Translations under genes and position numbers: made by a program | In this document: piece after piece, positions 27,928 to 36,458 of the stretch | How the letters are laid out: each line of letters starts with the position of its first letter | Numbering within the stretch: position 1 is the stretch's first letter | Assembly: GCA_016706055.1 (NCBI GenBank) | Contig: JADJKL010000006.1 | Span: 21,265-85,264, forward strand | DNA length: 64,000 nucleotides | Direction: 5' to 3' | Origin: Chitinophagaceae bacterium | Lineage (GTDB): Bacteria; Bacteroidota; Bacteroidia; Chitinophagales; Chitinophagaceae | Notes under the pieces: generated by a model | What the model was told of the DNA's origin: nothing | The model's input: the letters and a program-made list of their open reading frames with translations, nothing else | Database searches by the model: none

Positions 27928-28417
27928 TATTGCAGCCATGACAATTTATTTTGGGTACGAAAAAAAGAAAGTGTTGCAGGCTTTGCGTTATCATTTTATC
28001 AGTAGGCGGGAGATTCGTTTAATGATAATTCTTGTAAATGTATTTGCGATACTCACTTTTACGCTTTACTTTCTAAAAATAATTCAACCATTGGCATTTC
28101 TTGTTGGATCGTTATTATGGATTGTATTAATGATAAGCTTCTGGTATATACTTCCGGCAATGGTATATCGAAAGGCTGTTACCTTTAAGCATGAATTCAG
28201 TATGTCTTTTGACGAGGATGGCTTTAGTCTTGGCCATGAAAACGGATCTAAGTCATGGAAATGGGCATCTCTGAAAAACTATCTGGAGAGTCCACATTTT
28301 TTTCACTTGTATTTTGATAGCCGTTCTTTTCTATTAGTACCCAAAAGCGGATGTAAGGATACTGATGAAGTATTTGAATTAAGAGGGCTGATAAAAAGTA
28401 AAGTAAAAAAGGGGTAG
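27920..28417 (+). CDS. YcxB-family membrane protein
   Basis: Two TM segments followed by W...ESPHFFHLY...LLVPK. Confidence 0.7.
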   Translation: MNNIAAMTIYFGYEKKKVLQALRYHFISRREIRLMIILVNVFAILTFTLYFLKIIQPLAFLVGSLLWIVLMISFWYILPAMVYRKAVTFKHEFSMSFDEDGFSLGHENGSKSWKWASLKNYLESPHFFHLYFDSRSFLLVPKSGCKDTDEVFELRGLIKSKVKKG

Positions 28418-28420
28418 GAG

Positions 28421-28849
28421 TTATAATTTTTTCTCCATTACATAGTGAGGAATTGTTACCTCATGAAATTCTTCGCTGGCAACTACATAACCCATCTTTT
28501 CATAAAAGCCCAACGCATTTTTACGGGCATGCATAGATAATATTTTATAGCCTCTGTCTCTGGCAATGTTTTCTGCAAAACTCATGAGTGCTCTTCCGAT
28601 GCCTTTACCTTGCAAATCATTTAATACAGCCATTTGACGAAGACGAACAGTTTTTGCATTTTCTTCTACCAACATGCAACATCCAAGAATATCTTCATCT
28701 TCAAATGCAGCAATAAGCATATTGTTAGTTTCAGATTCCAGTTCTTGTTCGGAGAAGCCTAAGCCGAGTGGTTTGCGCAAAATATCATTCCGCAGTTTGA
28801 CCATCTGCCAATATTCCGGAGTTCCATGATCAATAATTTTCAATGCCAT
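28421..28849 (-). CDS. GNAT family N-acetyltransferase
   Basis: RLRQMAV...QGKGIGRALM, ARKNALGFYEKMGY. Confidence 0.9.
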   Translation of the reverse strand: MALKIIDHGTPEYWQMVKLRNDILRKPLGLGFSEQELESETNNMLIAAFEDEDILGCCMLVEENAKTVRLRQMAVLNDLQGKGIGRALMSFAENIARDRGYKILSMHARKNALGFYEKMGYVVASEEFHEVTIPHYVMEKKL

Positions 28850-29028
28850 AACCTGTAATTAAACCGCCTGAAGTTCAAAATACAAAGAACTTACAATACT
28901 GCCAACGGTTTGCTTACTTTTTTAAATGGGGCGAACTAAAGTTTTCTGGACCTTAATAACTAATTTTCAGCCTTTTGGAATAAATATGGAAAATTATAGC
29001 TTTACGATGCTTATTAATTCAAAAAGTA

Positions 29029-29036
29029 TATTTTTG
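29029..29036 (+). promoter_or_regulatory. -7 box TATTTTTG for acpP
   Basis: Matches TAnnTTTG 27 nt upstream of the ATG. Confidence 0.6.
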
Positions 29037-29062
29037 CACCCAATAAACAAAACTTTAAGAAC

Positions 29063-29299
29063 ATGTCAGACATTGCATCAAGAGTTAAAAAAATCATCGT
29101 AGACAAGCTAGGCGTTGACGAAGGAGAAGTAACCAACGAAGCTTCATTTACAAATGACCTGGGCGCCGATTCATTAGACACGGTGGAATTAATTATGGAA
29201 TTTGAAAAAGAATTTAATATTTCTATTCCTGATGAGCAGGCAGAGACCATAACTTCAGTTGGTCAGGCTGTTGCTTACCTGGAAGAACATGCCAAATAA
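29063..29299 (+). CDS. acpP: Acyl carrier protein
   Basis: [20 protein letters not shown]. Confidence 0.98.
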   Translation: MSDIASRVKKIIVDKLGVDEGEVTNEASFTNDLGADSLDTVELIMEFEKEFNISIPDEQAETITSVGQAVAYLEEHAK

Positions 29300-29337
29300 G
29301 AATTGGAATGTCCCGCATTAACGGGAAAAATTTTTAT

Positions 29338-29377
29338 ACCGCCTTCTGACTGTCATTAGCAGCGAAGGCGGTTTTTT
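29338..29377 (+). terminator. Intrinsic terminator between acpP and fabF
   Basis: accgccttc / gaaggcggt stem followed by ttttt. Confidence 0.7.
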
Positions 29378-29428
29378 ACTTTAGTATTACGTCTTGTATT
29401 TTATATAAATACACTATCTTAACATTAT

Positions 29429-30643
29429 ATGGAATTAAAAAGAGTTGTAGTTACAGGAATGGGTGCTTTAACACCGCTTGGGAATAATGTTCCTGAATAC
29501 TGGAACGGGTTAATTAATGGAGTATCGGGTGCCGATATGATAACTCTATTCGATGCTTCTAAATTCCGTACAAAATTTGCCTGCGAAATAAAAAACTTTC
29601 AAGCTACTGATTTCCTTGATCGAAAAGAAGCAAGGAAAATTGATCGCTTCACACAATTGGCTTTGGTTGTTAGCGACCAGGCAATGACTGATGCTGGTTT
29701 GAATAAGGACAATATTAATCCTGACAGGATAGGCGTTGTTTTTGCCAGTGGTATTGGCGGTTTGATAACCTTTCAACATGAAGTAACCGACTTTGCAAGA
29801 GGAGATGGAACTCCCCGTTTTAATCCCTTCTTTATTCCAAAAATGATATTGGATATAGCCGCAGGGCAAATCAGTATGCGGCATAATCTGCGGGGTCCAA
29901 ACTTCGCTGTTGTTAGTGCTTTGATTCGCCTTGGCAAATCAGATATTATTGTTACCGGAGGAAGTGAAGCTGTTATTAGCGAAGCAGGTGTTGGCGGCTT
30001 TAATGCAATGAAGGCAATGAGTGAAAGAAATGACGATCCCAAAACTGCCAGCCGTCCTTATGACAAAGACAGAGATGGTTTTGTAATGGGAGAAGCTTGC
30101 GGGATTCTGATTCTTGAAGAACTGGAACATGCAAAAGCAAGAGGTGCAAAAATTTATTGCGAAATAGGTGGTTGCGGAGCCACAGCCGATGCACATCATA
30201 TTACAGCACCACATCCGGAAGGATTAGGAGCAAGAAACGTAATGATCGTTGCTTTAGATGATGCAGGAATGCAAGCAAACGAAATTGATTATATAAACAC
30301 ACATGGCACATCTACTCCAATTGGTGATGGGGCAGAAGTAAAAGCAATAACAGCGGTTTTTGGTGAACATGCTTATAATTTAAATATCAGTGCTACCAAA
30401 TCAATGACAGGACACTGCCTTGGTGCAGCTGGAGTTATTGAAGCTATTGCAAGTATACAGGCGGTTCTTACGGGTATCATTCCACCAACAATTAATCATT
30501 TTACGGATGATCCTGAACTAGATCCAAAACTTAATTTCACTTTCAATAAAGCACAAGAACGGAAGGTACGAGCAGCACTCAGCAATACATTTGGGTTTGG
30601 CGGGCATAATGCTTGTGTGATTGTGAAGGAATTCAAAGGTTAA
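29429..30643 (+). CDS. fabF: Beta-ketoacyl-ACP synthase II lacking the catalytic-Cys segment (in-frame gap at 29920/29921)
   Basis: RVVVTG, THGTSTP, KSMTGH, NTFGFGG present; reads GPNFAVVSA|LIRLG. Confidence 0.9.
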   Translation: MELKRVVVTGMGALTPLGNNVPEYWNGLINGVSGADMITLFDASKFRTKFACEIKNFQATDFLDRKEARKIDRFTQLALVVSDQAMTDAGLNKDNINPDRIGVVFASGIGGLITFQHEVTDFARGDGTPRFNPFFIPKMILDIAAGQISMRHNLRGPNFAVVSALIRLGKSDIIVTGGSEAVISEAGVGGFNAMKAMSERNDDPKTASRPYDKDRDGFVMGEACGILILEELEHAKARGAKIYCEIGGCGATADAHHITAPHPEGLGARNVMIVALDDAGMQANEIDYINTHGTSTPIGDGAEVKAITAVFGEHAYNLNISATKSMTGHCLGAAGVIEAIASIQAVLTGIIPPTINHFTDDPELDPKLNFTFNKAQERKVRAALSNTFGFGGHNACVIVKEFKG

Positions 30644-30653
30644 TTTATAAATC

Positions 30654-30790
30654 AGTTAATTGGGAAATTGAAATAGAGAGATTGAACGAAAATTGACTAC
30701 TTTTTTAAAGTGAATGATTTGAAAAAATAAGGCTTTTGGATAAAAGCACTAATCAACCAATTAACAATTTAACTAATCACCCAATTTTCG
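30654..30790. repeat. Inverted arrays of degenerate 8-mers between fabF and rnc
   Basis: Right arm ctaatcaa ccaattaa caatttaa ctaatcac ccaatttt (30749-30788); left arm ttaattgg gaaattga...gaaaattg. Confidence 0.6.
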
Positions 30791-30803
30791 TAGCTTAACG
30801 CCT

Positions 30804-31541
30804 GTGGATTTTCTAAAATTTTTTTCCGGTAAATACACCGGCTCATCTTTTAAGAAGGAATTAAAAAATATTCTTGGCTTTAAGCCTGGAAATATTTCTT
30901 TATACCAGACAGCACTCACACACCGATCCATTAGAGAAAATGCAGACGAGAATAATGAAAGGCTTGAATATCTTGGCGATGCCATCCTTAGTGCATTAGT
31001 AGCCGATTATTTGTTTAAACGTTATCCATATAAAGAAGAAGGGTTTCTTACAGAAATGCGGAGCAAGATGGTGAACCGCCAGCAGCTAAATGAAATAGCA
31101 GTTCGGATGGGATTGAAAAAAGTTACCCTTTACAATAAAATGGACGGCGCATTAAAAGTGAGCCAGATATTTGGTAATACATTGGAAGCATTGGTTGGAG
31201 CTATATACTTAGATCATGGATATAAGAAAACATCCAAATGGGTAATGGAATGTATCATTTTGCCGCATATGTTTATGGATGATTTGGAAAATCTGGAGAT
31301 CAATCATAAAAATAAACTCTATGGTTGGGCAAATAAAAATGGTAAAGTGCTTGAGTTTGAAACGCTGAATGAAAAACTGGAAAATGGCCGTCGCTTGTTT
31401 ACGGTTGCAGCAATGGTTGATGGAAAAAATATTGCTGAAGGAAAGGCCTTTAATAAAAAAGATGCTTCTCAGATAGCAGCACAAGTTGCTGTAGATAAAT
31501 TAGGAATTGTAAATGCAGATTCAGTAGCAGAAGGTTACTGA
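30804..31541 (+). CDS. rnc: Ribonuclease III
   Basis: NERLEYLGDAIL, LEALVGAIYLD, C-terminal dsRBD; GTG start. Confidence 0.95.
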   Translation: MDFLKFFSGKYTGSSFKKELKNILGFKPGNISLYQTALTHRSIRENADENNERLEYLGDAILSALVADYLFKRYPYKEEGFLTEMRSKMVNRQQLNEIAVRMGLKKVTLYNKMDGALKVSQIFGNTLEALVGAIYLDHGYKKTSKWVMECIILPHMFMDDLENLEINHKNKLYGWANKNGKVLEFETLNEKLENGRRLFTVAAMVDGKNIAEGKAFNKKDASQIAAQVAVDKLGIVNADSVAEGY

Positions 31542-31573
31542 TTTTAATATTTAATCAAAACAAAAAATTGAAA

Positions 31574-32107
31574 ATGAAAAAATTAGTCTTGGTTATGGTT
31601 GTGGCCATAGGTTTTATGGCATGTAACAGTCCTGAAAAAGGAGAAAACGGTGTAACCTATAAAACACCGGTAGAATACAATGATTATATAATAGGAAAAC
31701 AAACTATACTGCTTGAAAAAATAATGAAGTTTGCTGATGCTGCAAAAGTTGATCTTGATTCAGCAGATAAATTATTGGACAAATACGCTTTAGAAGCTAC
31801 AGATGTCCTTAAAGATATAAAAGGAATGCCGGGCTTCAGGAAAGACACTACATTTAGACAAGCAGCTGTAAATTCTTTTACCTTTTACAAAAAAGCTTTT
31901 ACTAACTATTACAAGGATATTGTTCGCATTCGTAAGGAAGCTGCAGATGATGCAGATGCCCAAATAGATAAAGTATTGGAAAAACTGACAGTGGAAGAAG
32001 AAAGGGTTGATAAGGCGTTTCATAATGCGCAGAAAGACTTCGCTACAAAGAATAAAATGAAACTGATGGAGAATAAAATGCAGAAAGATATAGATAATAT
32101 GGAATAA
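31574..32107 (+). CDS. Hypothetical helical lipoprotein
   Basis: Lipobox FMAC; open frame with helical periodicity. Confidence 0.75.
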   Translation: MKKLVLVMVVAIGFMACNSPEKGENGVTYKTPVEYNDYIIGKQTILLEKIMKFADAAKVDLDSADKLLDKYALEATDVLKDIKGMPGFRKDTTFRQAAVNSFTFYKKAFTNYYKDIVRIRKEAADDADAQIDKVLEKLTVEEERVDKAFHNAQKDFATKNKMKLMENKMQKDIDNME

Positions 32108-32157
32108 GAACCGATTAGCTAATTTCTCCGGGAGAAGTATTTTTCTTCCGGAGATTT

Positions 32158-32565
32158 TTATTTAGTAGGCTTTTCCATACATAATTCTATCAGTACTCCG
32201 TTGGTTTGTTTGGGATGAAGAAAACATACCAGTTTATTATCAGCACCTTCTTTTGGAGAATCGTTCAGCAACACAAAGCCTTCATTTTTTAACCTTTCCA
32301 TTTCTGCATAAATATCAGCTACATCAAATGCAATATGATGTAAGCCTTCGCCTTTTTTTTCGATGAACCGGGCAATCACACCATCAGGGTCGGTGCTTTC
32401 CACCAGTTCTATCTTTGTTTCTCCCTGGCGGAAAAAAGCAGTATTCACTTTTTCTGAATCAACTTCTTCTGTTTTATAACAGTTTGTATTGAGCAGTTTT
32501 TCAAACAAAGGAATTGATACGGAAAGTTTTTTTACTGCTATTCCGATATGTTCTACTTTTTGCAT
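32158..32565 (-). CDS. mce: Methylmalonyl-CoA epimerase
   Basis: EHIGIAV, KIELVES, GEGLHHIAF, FLHPKQTNGVLIELC. Confidence 0.93.
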   Translation of the reverse strand: MQKVEHIGIAVKKLSVSIPLFEKLLNTNCYKTEEVDSEKVNTAFFRQGETKIELVESTDPDGVIARFIEKKGEGLHHIAFDVADIYAEMERLKNEGFVLLNDSPKEGADNKLVCFLHPKQTNGVLIELCMEKPTK

Positions 32566-32651
32566 GATGTTGTTGACCTGTTTATTTTCAGATATTCAAA
32601 TTTAAGGTAACAGTGCGGAAGTTGTAAATTAGAGAAATAAAACAAGGCCAA

Positions 32652-33188
32652 ATGAAATGTTTTTTTATTATTAAAATGCTTCTTCTTTTATCTTTTTTTC
32701 TTGGATGCACTACCTCAGATCAGGCTATTCTACAGACTAAAACTAAATGTTATGCAGGCAAACTAATTGATTTAAAGAAATCGGAAATTTATAATGAAGT
32801 AATGGAAAAATTTGTTGACACTTTTAAAGTAATGAAATCTGATAAACGATATTTTGGTGTTTCAGAAGTTGTAAGTAATAAAATAGATGAAGCAATCTTT
32901 TTTAATGAGGGTCAATCCGAATGTCTATTAATTGTTTTGCAAAAGAATAATTACGGACTTGTATTTGGTAGTGCAAGGATTATAAGAGGTGAACAAAATA
33001 GTGGAAGATGGATATTTAAACCAAGCATTGAATACACATATAGCAAAGATTATTTTGAAAAATATCCTGATAATAATTTTGACAACATATCTGAACTTGC
33101 TTGCTATAGTGTATTGACAGACGGAGAGGTTAAAAAAAGAAGCTGTGAAATTGATGAAAAGTACTGGTTTGAGGAATTAAAAAGATAA
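32652..33188 (+). CDS. Hypothetical lipoprotein
   Basis: LLLSFFLGC lipobox-like segment; 178-aa open frame. Confidence 0.65.
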   Translation: MKCFFIIKMLLLLSFFLGCTTSDQAILQTKTKCYAGKLIDLKKSEIYNEVMEKFVDTFKVMKSDKRYFGVSEVVSNKIDEAIFFNEGQSECLLIVLQKNNYGLVFGSARIIRGEQNSGRWIFKPSIEYTYSKDYFEKYPDNNFDNISELACYSVLTDGEVKKRSCEIDEKYWFEELKR

Positions 33189-33248
33189 CTCACACTATTA
33201 AAAACTGAATTGTAGGCTAAAAAGCTGAACAACGATATGTTGCCCAAA

Positions 33249-33320
33249 GGCTGCCGGATGGAAGCGGAAAGCCCGGAATGCAGCGTAGCGAAATGAGGAC
33301 TTGCAGCGGACAGCCGGAAC
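33249..33320 (+). ncRNA. GC-rich structured RNA/repeat candidate (Flavo-1-like by recollection)
   Basis: ggctg/cagcc closing stem; internal repeat gcggaaagcccgga (33264) and gcggacagccgga (33306); strand uncertain. Confidence 0.45.
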
Positions 33321-33467
33321 AGAAGATGACCAAAGAACCGGAAGATGACAGCCCCAAAATTTCTTTATTGCTCTAAATCGCCCAACACCTGTGGTTTATG
33401 CCTTTGCGATTTCGGTAAAAACAGCCTGTAAAGGGAAAATAGCCCTTTCTCTTAGAATGATTTGGGT

Positions 33468-33475
33468 TAAATTTG
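33468..33475 (+). promoter_or_regulatory. -7 box TAAATTTG for iscS
   Basis: Matches TAnnTTTG upstream of iscS. Confidence 0.65.
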
Positions 33476-33508
33476 CAGTTAGAAACAAAAACGAATAATT
33501 ACTAGATT

Positions 33509-34726
33509 ATGTTGAATTTTCCTATTTATTTAGACCACAATGCTACGACACCCTGCGACCCAAGAGTAGTGGATGCAATGATTCCTTATTTCACCAATAA
33601 TTTCGGAAATGCGGCAAGCCGTAACCATCCGTTTGGTTGGCAGGCAGAAGAGGCAGTTGACTACGCAAGAGAGCAAGTGGCAAAACTGATTGGTGCTGAT
33701 CCAAAAGAAATAATTTTTACGTCTGGTGCTACAGAAGCCGATAACCTTGCCTTGAAAGGTGTGTTTGAAATGTATGCAAGCAAAGGCAATCATATCATCA
33801 CTTGTAATATTGAGCACAAAGCAGTATTAGATACTTGTAAGCATATTGAAAAAGAAGGTGGCGAAGTTACTTATCTGAAAGTAAAAGATAATGGACTGGT
33901 AGATCTGGCAGAACTGGAAGCGGCTATCAAACCAAACACTATTTTGATTGCATTGATGTATGCGAATAATGAAATAGGTACCGTGATGCCGATGAACGAA
34001 ATAAGTGCTATTGCGAAAAAGCATGGTGTACTTGTTTTTAGCGATGCGGTGCAAGCTGTTGGTAAAATACCAGTTGATGTAAACAAAGACGGCATTGACC
34101 TGATGGCATTTACTGCACATAAAATGTACGGACCGAAAGGTGTTGGTGCATTATATGTTCGCCGTAAGAACCCAAGAGTGAAAGTAACAGCCCAGTTAGA
34201 TGGTGGCGGACATGAAAGAGGAATGAGAAGTGGTACATTGAACGTTCCAGGCATAGTTGGTTTTGGAAAGGCTTGTGAAATTTGTATGAACGAAATGGAA
34301 GAAGAAACAGCAAGAGTAAGCAAGCTGAGAGATAAATTACAAACTGAATTGTTGAAAGTAGAAGAATCATATTTGAACGGCGATAAAGAACATAAGCTGC
34401 CACATGTAACCAATATTTCTTTCAAGCATGTGGAAGGCGAAGGATTGCTGATGGGCTTTAATAAGAATATCGCTTTATCATCTGGTTCGGCTTGTACGTC
34501 TGCTTCATTAGAGCCTTCGTATGTATTAAAAGCATTAGGCCTTGGGGATGATCTGGCACACAGTTCGCTGCGTTTCGGATTGGGAAGATTTACAACAGAA
34601 GAACAAATTGATTATACAGTTGAACAAGTAACAAATACAGTGAACAAATTAAGAGAGATGAGTCCGCTGTGGGAAATGTATAAGGAAGGCATTGATTTGG
34701 ATACAATAGAATGGGCGCATCATTAA
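33509..34726 (+). CDS. iscS: Cysteine desulfurase IscS
   Basis: [27 protein letters not shown]. Confidence 0.96.
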   Translation: MLNFPIYLDHNATTPCDPRVVDAMIPYFTNNFGNAASRNHPFGWQAEEAVDYAREQVAKLIGADPKEIIFTSGATEADNLALKGVFEMYASKGNHIITCNIEHKAVLDTCKHIEKEGGEVTYLKVKDNGLVDLAELEAAIKPNTILIALMYANNEIGTVMPMNEISAIAKKHGVLVFSDAVQAVGKIPVDVNKDGIDLMAFTAHKMYGPKGVGALYVRRKNPRVKVTAQLDGGGHERGMRSGTLNVPGIVGFGKACEICMNEMEEETARVSKLRDKLQTELLKVEESYLNGDKEHKLPHVTNISFKHVEGEGLLMGFNKNIALSSGSACTSASLEPSYVLKALGLGDDLAHSSLRFGLGRFTTEEQIDYTVEQVTNTVNKLREMSPLWEMYKEGIDLDTIEWAHH

Positions 34727-34727
34727 T

Positions 34728-34821
34728 ATTTCAGATTTACGATTGCAGATTTTAGATTTTGGAGCTGCAATTGTAAAAAGCAAGATAAATCCGAAATCGA
34801 AAATCTTAAATCTAAAATTAG
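34728..34821. repeat. Inverted heptamer arrays (5+5) filling the iscS-iscU spacer
   Basis: atttcag atttacg attgcag attttag attttgg ... aaatccg aaatcga aaatctt aaatcta aaattag. Confidence 0.75.
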
Positions 34822-34825
34822 CATT

Positions 34826-35245
34826 ATGGCATATAGCGAAAAAGTAATCGATCATTATCAGAACCCTAAAAATGTAGGAACACTTGATAAAAGTAAAGCA
34901 ACGGTAGGTACAGGTCTTGTTGGTGCACCTGAGTGCGGCGACGTAATGCGTCTGCAAATTGAAGTAGACGAAGCTACTGGTGTTATCAAAGACGCTAAAT
35001 TCAAAACATTTGGTTGTGGTTCTGCCATTGCCTCTTCTTCTTTAGCTACAGAGTGGTTGAAAGGAAAGTCAATTGATGAAGCAATGACAATTGATAACAT
35101 GACTATCGTGGAAGAATTAAACCTTCCTCCGGTAAAAATTCACTGTTCTGTATTGGCAGAAGATGCTATTAAAGCGGCTATTAATGACTATCGCCAAAAG
35201 AATGGTATGGAAGCATTGAAGTTTGAAGAAAGTGTAGTTCATTAA
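34826..35245 (+). CDS. iscU: Fe-S scaffold IscU
   Basis: APECGDVM, FGCGSAIASS, LPPVKIHCSVL. Confidence 0.96.
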   Translation: MAYSEKVIDHYQNPKNVGTLDKSKATVGTGLVGAPECGDVMRLQIEVDEATGVIKDAKFKTFGCGSAIASSSLATEWLKGKSIDEAMTIDNMTIVEELNLPPVKIHCSVLAEDAIKAAINDYRQKNGMEALKFEESVVH

Positions 35246-35262
35246 GAGAAAAGGATAAGAAC

Positions 35263-35616
35263 ATGAGTGTTGCATTAGAAAACAGTATTTATATAAGTGA
35301 TAAGGCGAAAGAAAAAGTGCATCAGTTGATGAAAGATGCTGGTGTAGGAGAAGATTCTTCTTATTTCGTTCGTGTTGGTGTGGTAGGTGGTGGTTGTTCA
35401 GGTCTTAGTTATAAACTGGACTTTGACAATGAAACAAAACCAATGGATCAGGCATTTGAAGACAACGGAATAAAGATTGTAACTGATCTAAAGAGTTTTC
35501 TTTACCTTGTAAATACAACGCTGGATTTTTCGGATGGATTAAATGGAAAGGGATTCTATTTCAGCAATCCCAATGCTAGCCGAACCTGTGGATGTGGAGA
35601 AAGTTTTGCCGTATAA
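35263..35616 (+). CDS. iscA: HesB/IscA family Fe-S carrier
   Basis: GGCSGLSY, CGCGESF. Confidence 0.93.
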   Translation: MSVALENSIYISDKAKEKVHQLMKDAGVGEDSSYFVRVGVVGGGCSGLSYKLDFDNETKPMDQAFEDNGIKIVTDLKSFLYLVNTTLDFSDGLNGKGFYFSNPNASRTCGCGESFAV

Positions 35617-35646
35617 GATATTAAATCCCAAGCATGAAAATAAATG

Positions 35647-35670
35647 TCCCTCTTTTTAGAGGGATTTTTT
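35647..35670 (+). terminator. Terminator of the isc operon
   Basis: tccctct-tttt-agaggga-tttttt. Confidence 0.7.
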
Positions 35671-35738
35671 AATGTCCATAAACAAGCCATTGGATTGAAA
35701 TATAAATGCTTTGGCTTATTTTGCATCATACCAAGCCT

Positions 35739-36458
35739 ATGTGGTCAGTTTGTAAAAAAGAGCTCCGTCAATTTTTCAGTAGCCTTACTGGTTATATTGC
35801 CATTATCGTTTTCCTGTTGGTAAACGGACTGGTACTTTTTGTGTTTGACGACAATATCCTCGATTTTGGATATGCCACACTAGACCGCTTCTTTCAATTA
35901 GCTCCTTGGATACTTTTATTATTGATTCCTGCTATTACGATGCGAAGTTTTTCGGAAGAGTTTAAAACAGGAACGTATGAAATATTACAAACAAGGCCAT
36001 TAAGTCGCTGGCAGATTATTGGCGGTAAGTATCTTGGAAGTCTGATAGTCGTTTTCATTGCATTACTACCAACCATTATTTATATTTTTTCTATCCAGCG
36101 CCTTTCTACCAATGAAGGGTTGGATATGGGAGCAACAATTGGCGCCTATATTGGTTTGTTTTTCTTGGCTGCTGTATTTACGGCAATCAGCATTTGTTGC
36201 AGCAGTTTTACAAATAACGCAGTAGTTGCCTTTATTGTAAGTCTTATTGGGTGTGCTTTATTATACTATGGCTTTAGTGCTATCAGTAAATTACCAGCTT
36301 TAAGCAATGGTCCTGATTATTATACAGAGATGTTAGGGATAGATTTTCATTACAGAAGTATTAGCCGTGGATTGATTGATACAAGAGATATAGTTTATTT
36401 CTTGTCTGTCATATTATTGTTTTTAAGTATTACTAATCGAAACTTATTAAAGCGATAA
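35739..36458 (+). CDS. gldF: Gliding-motility-associated ABC permease GldF
   Basis: KKELRQFFSS, PAITMRSFSEE...GTYEIL, RGLIDTRD. Confidence 0.9.
   Translation: MWSVCKKELRQFFSSLTGYIAIIVFLLVNGLVLFVFDDNILDFGYATLDRFFQLAPWILLLLIPAITMRSFSEEFKTGTYEILQTRPLSRWQIIGGKYLGSLIVVFIALLPTIIYIFSIQRLSTNEGLDMGATIGAYIGLFFLAAVFTAISICCSSFTNNAVVAFIVSLIGCALLYYGFSAISKLPALSNGPDYYTEMLGIDFHYRSISRGLIDTRDIVYFLSVILLFLSITNRNLLKR

Noticed and set aside
31170-31200. RNase III second acidic motif reads GNTLEAL instead of D-x-x-EA
   Set aside because: To my knowledge Asn here is usual in Bacteroidota RNase III; the catalytic Glu is retained
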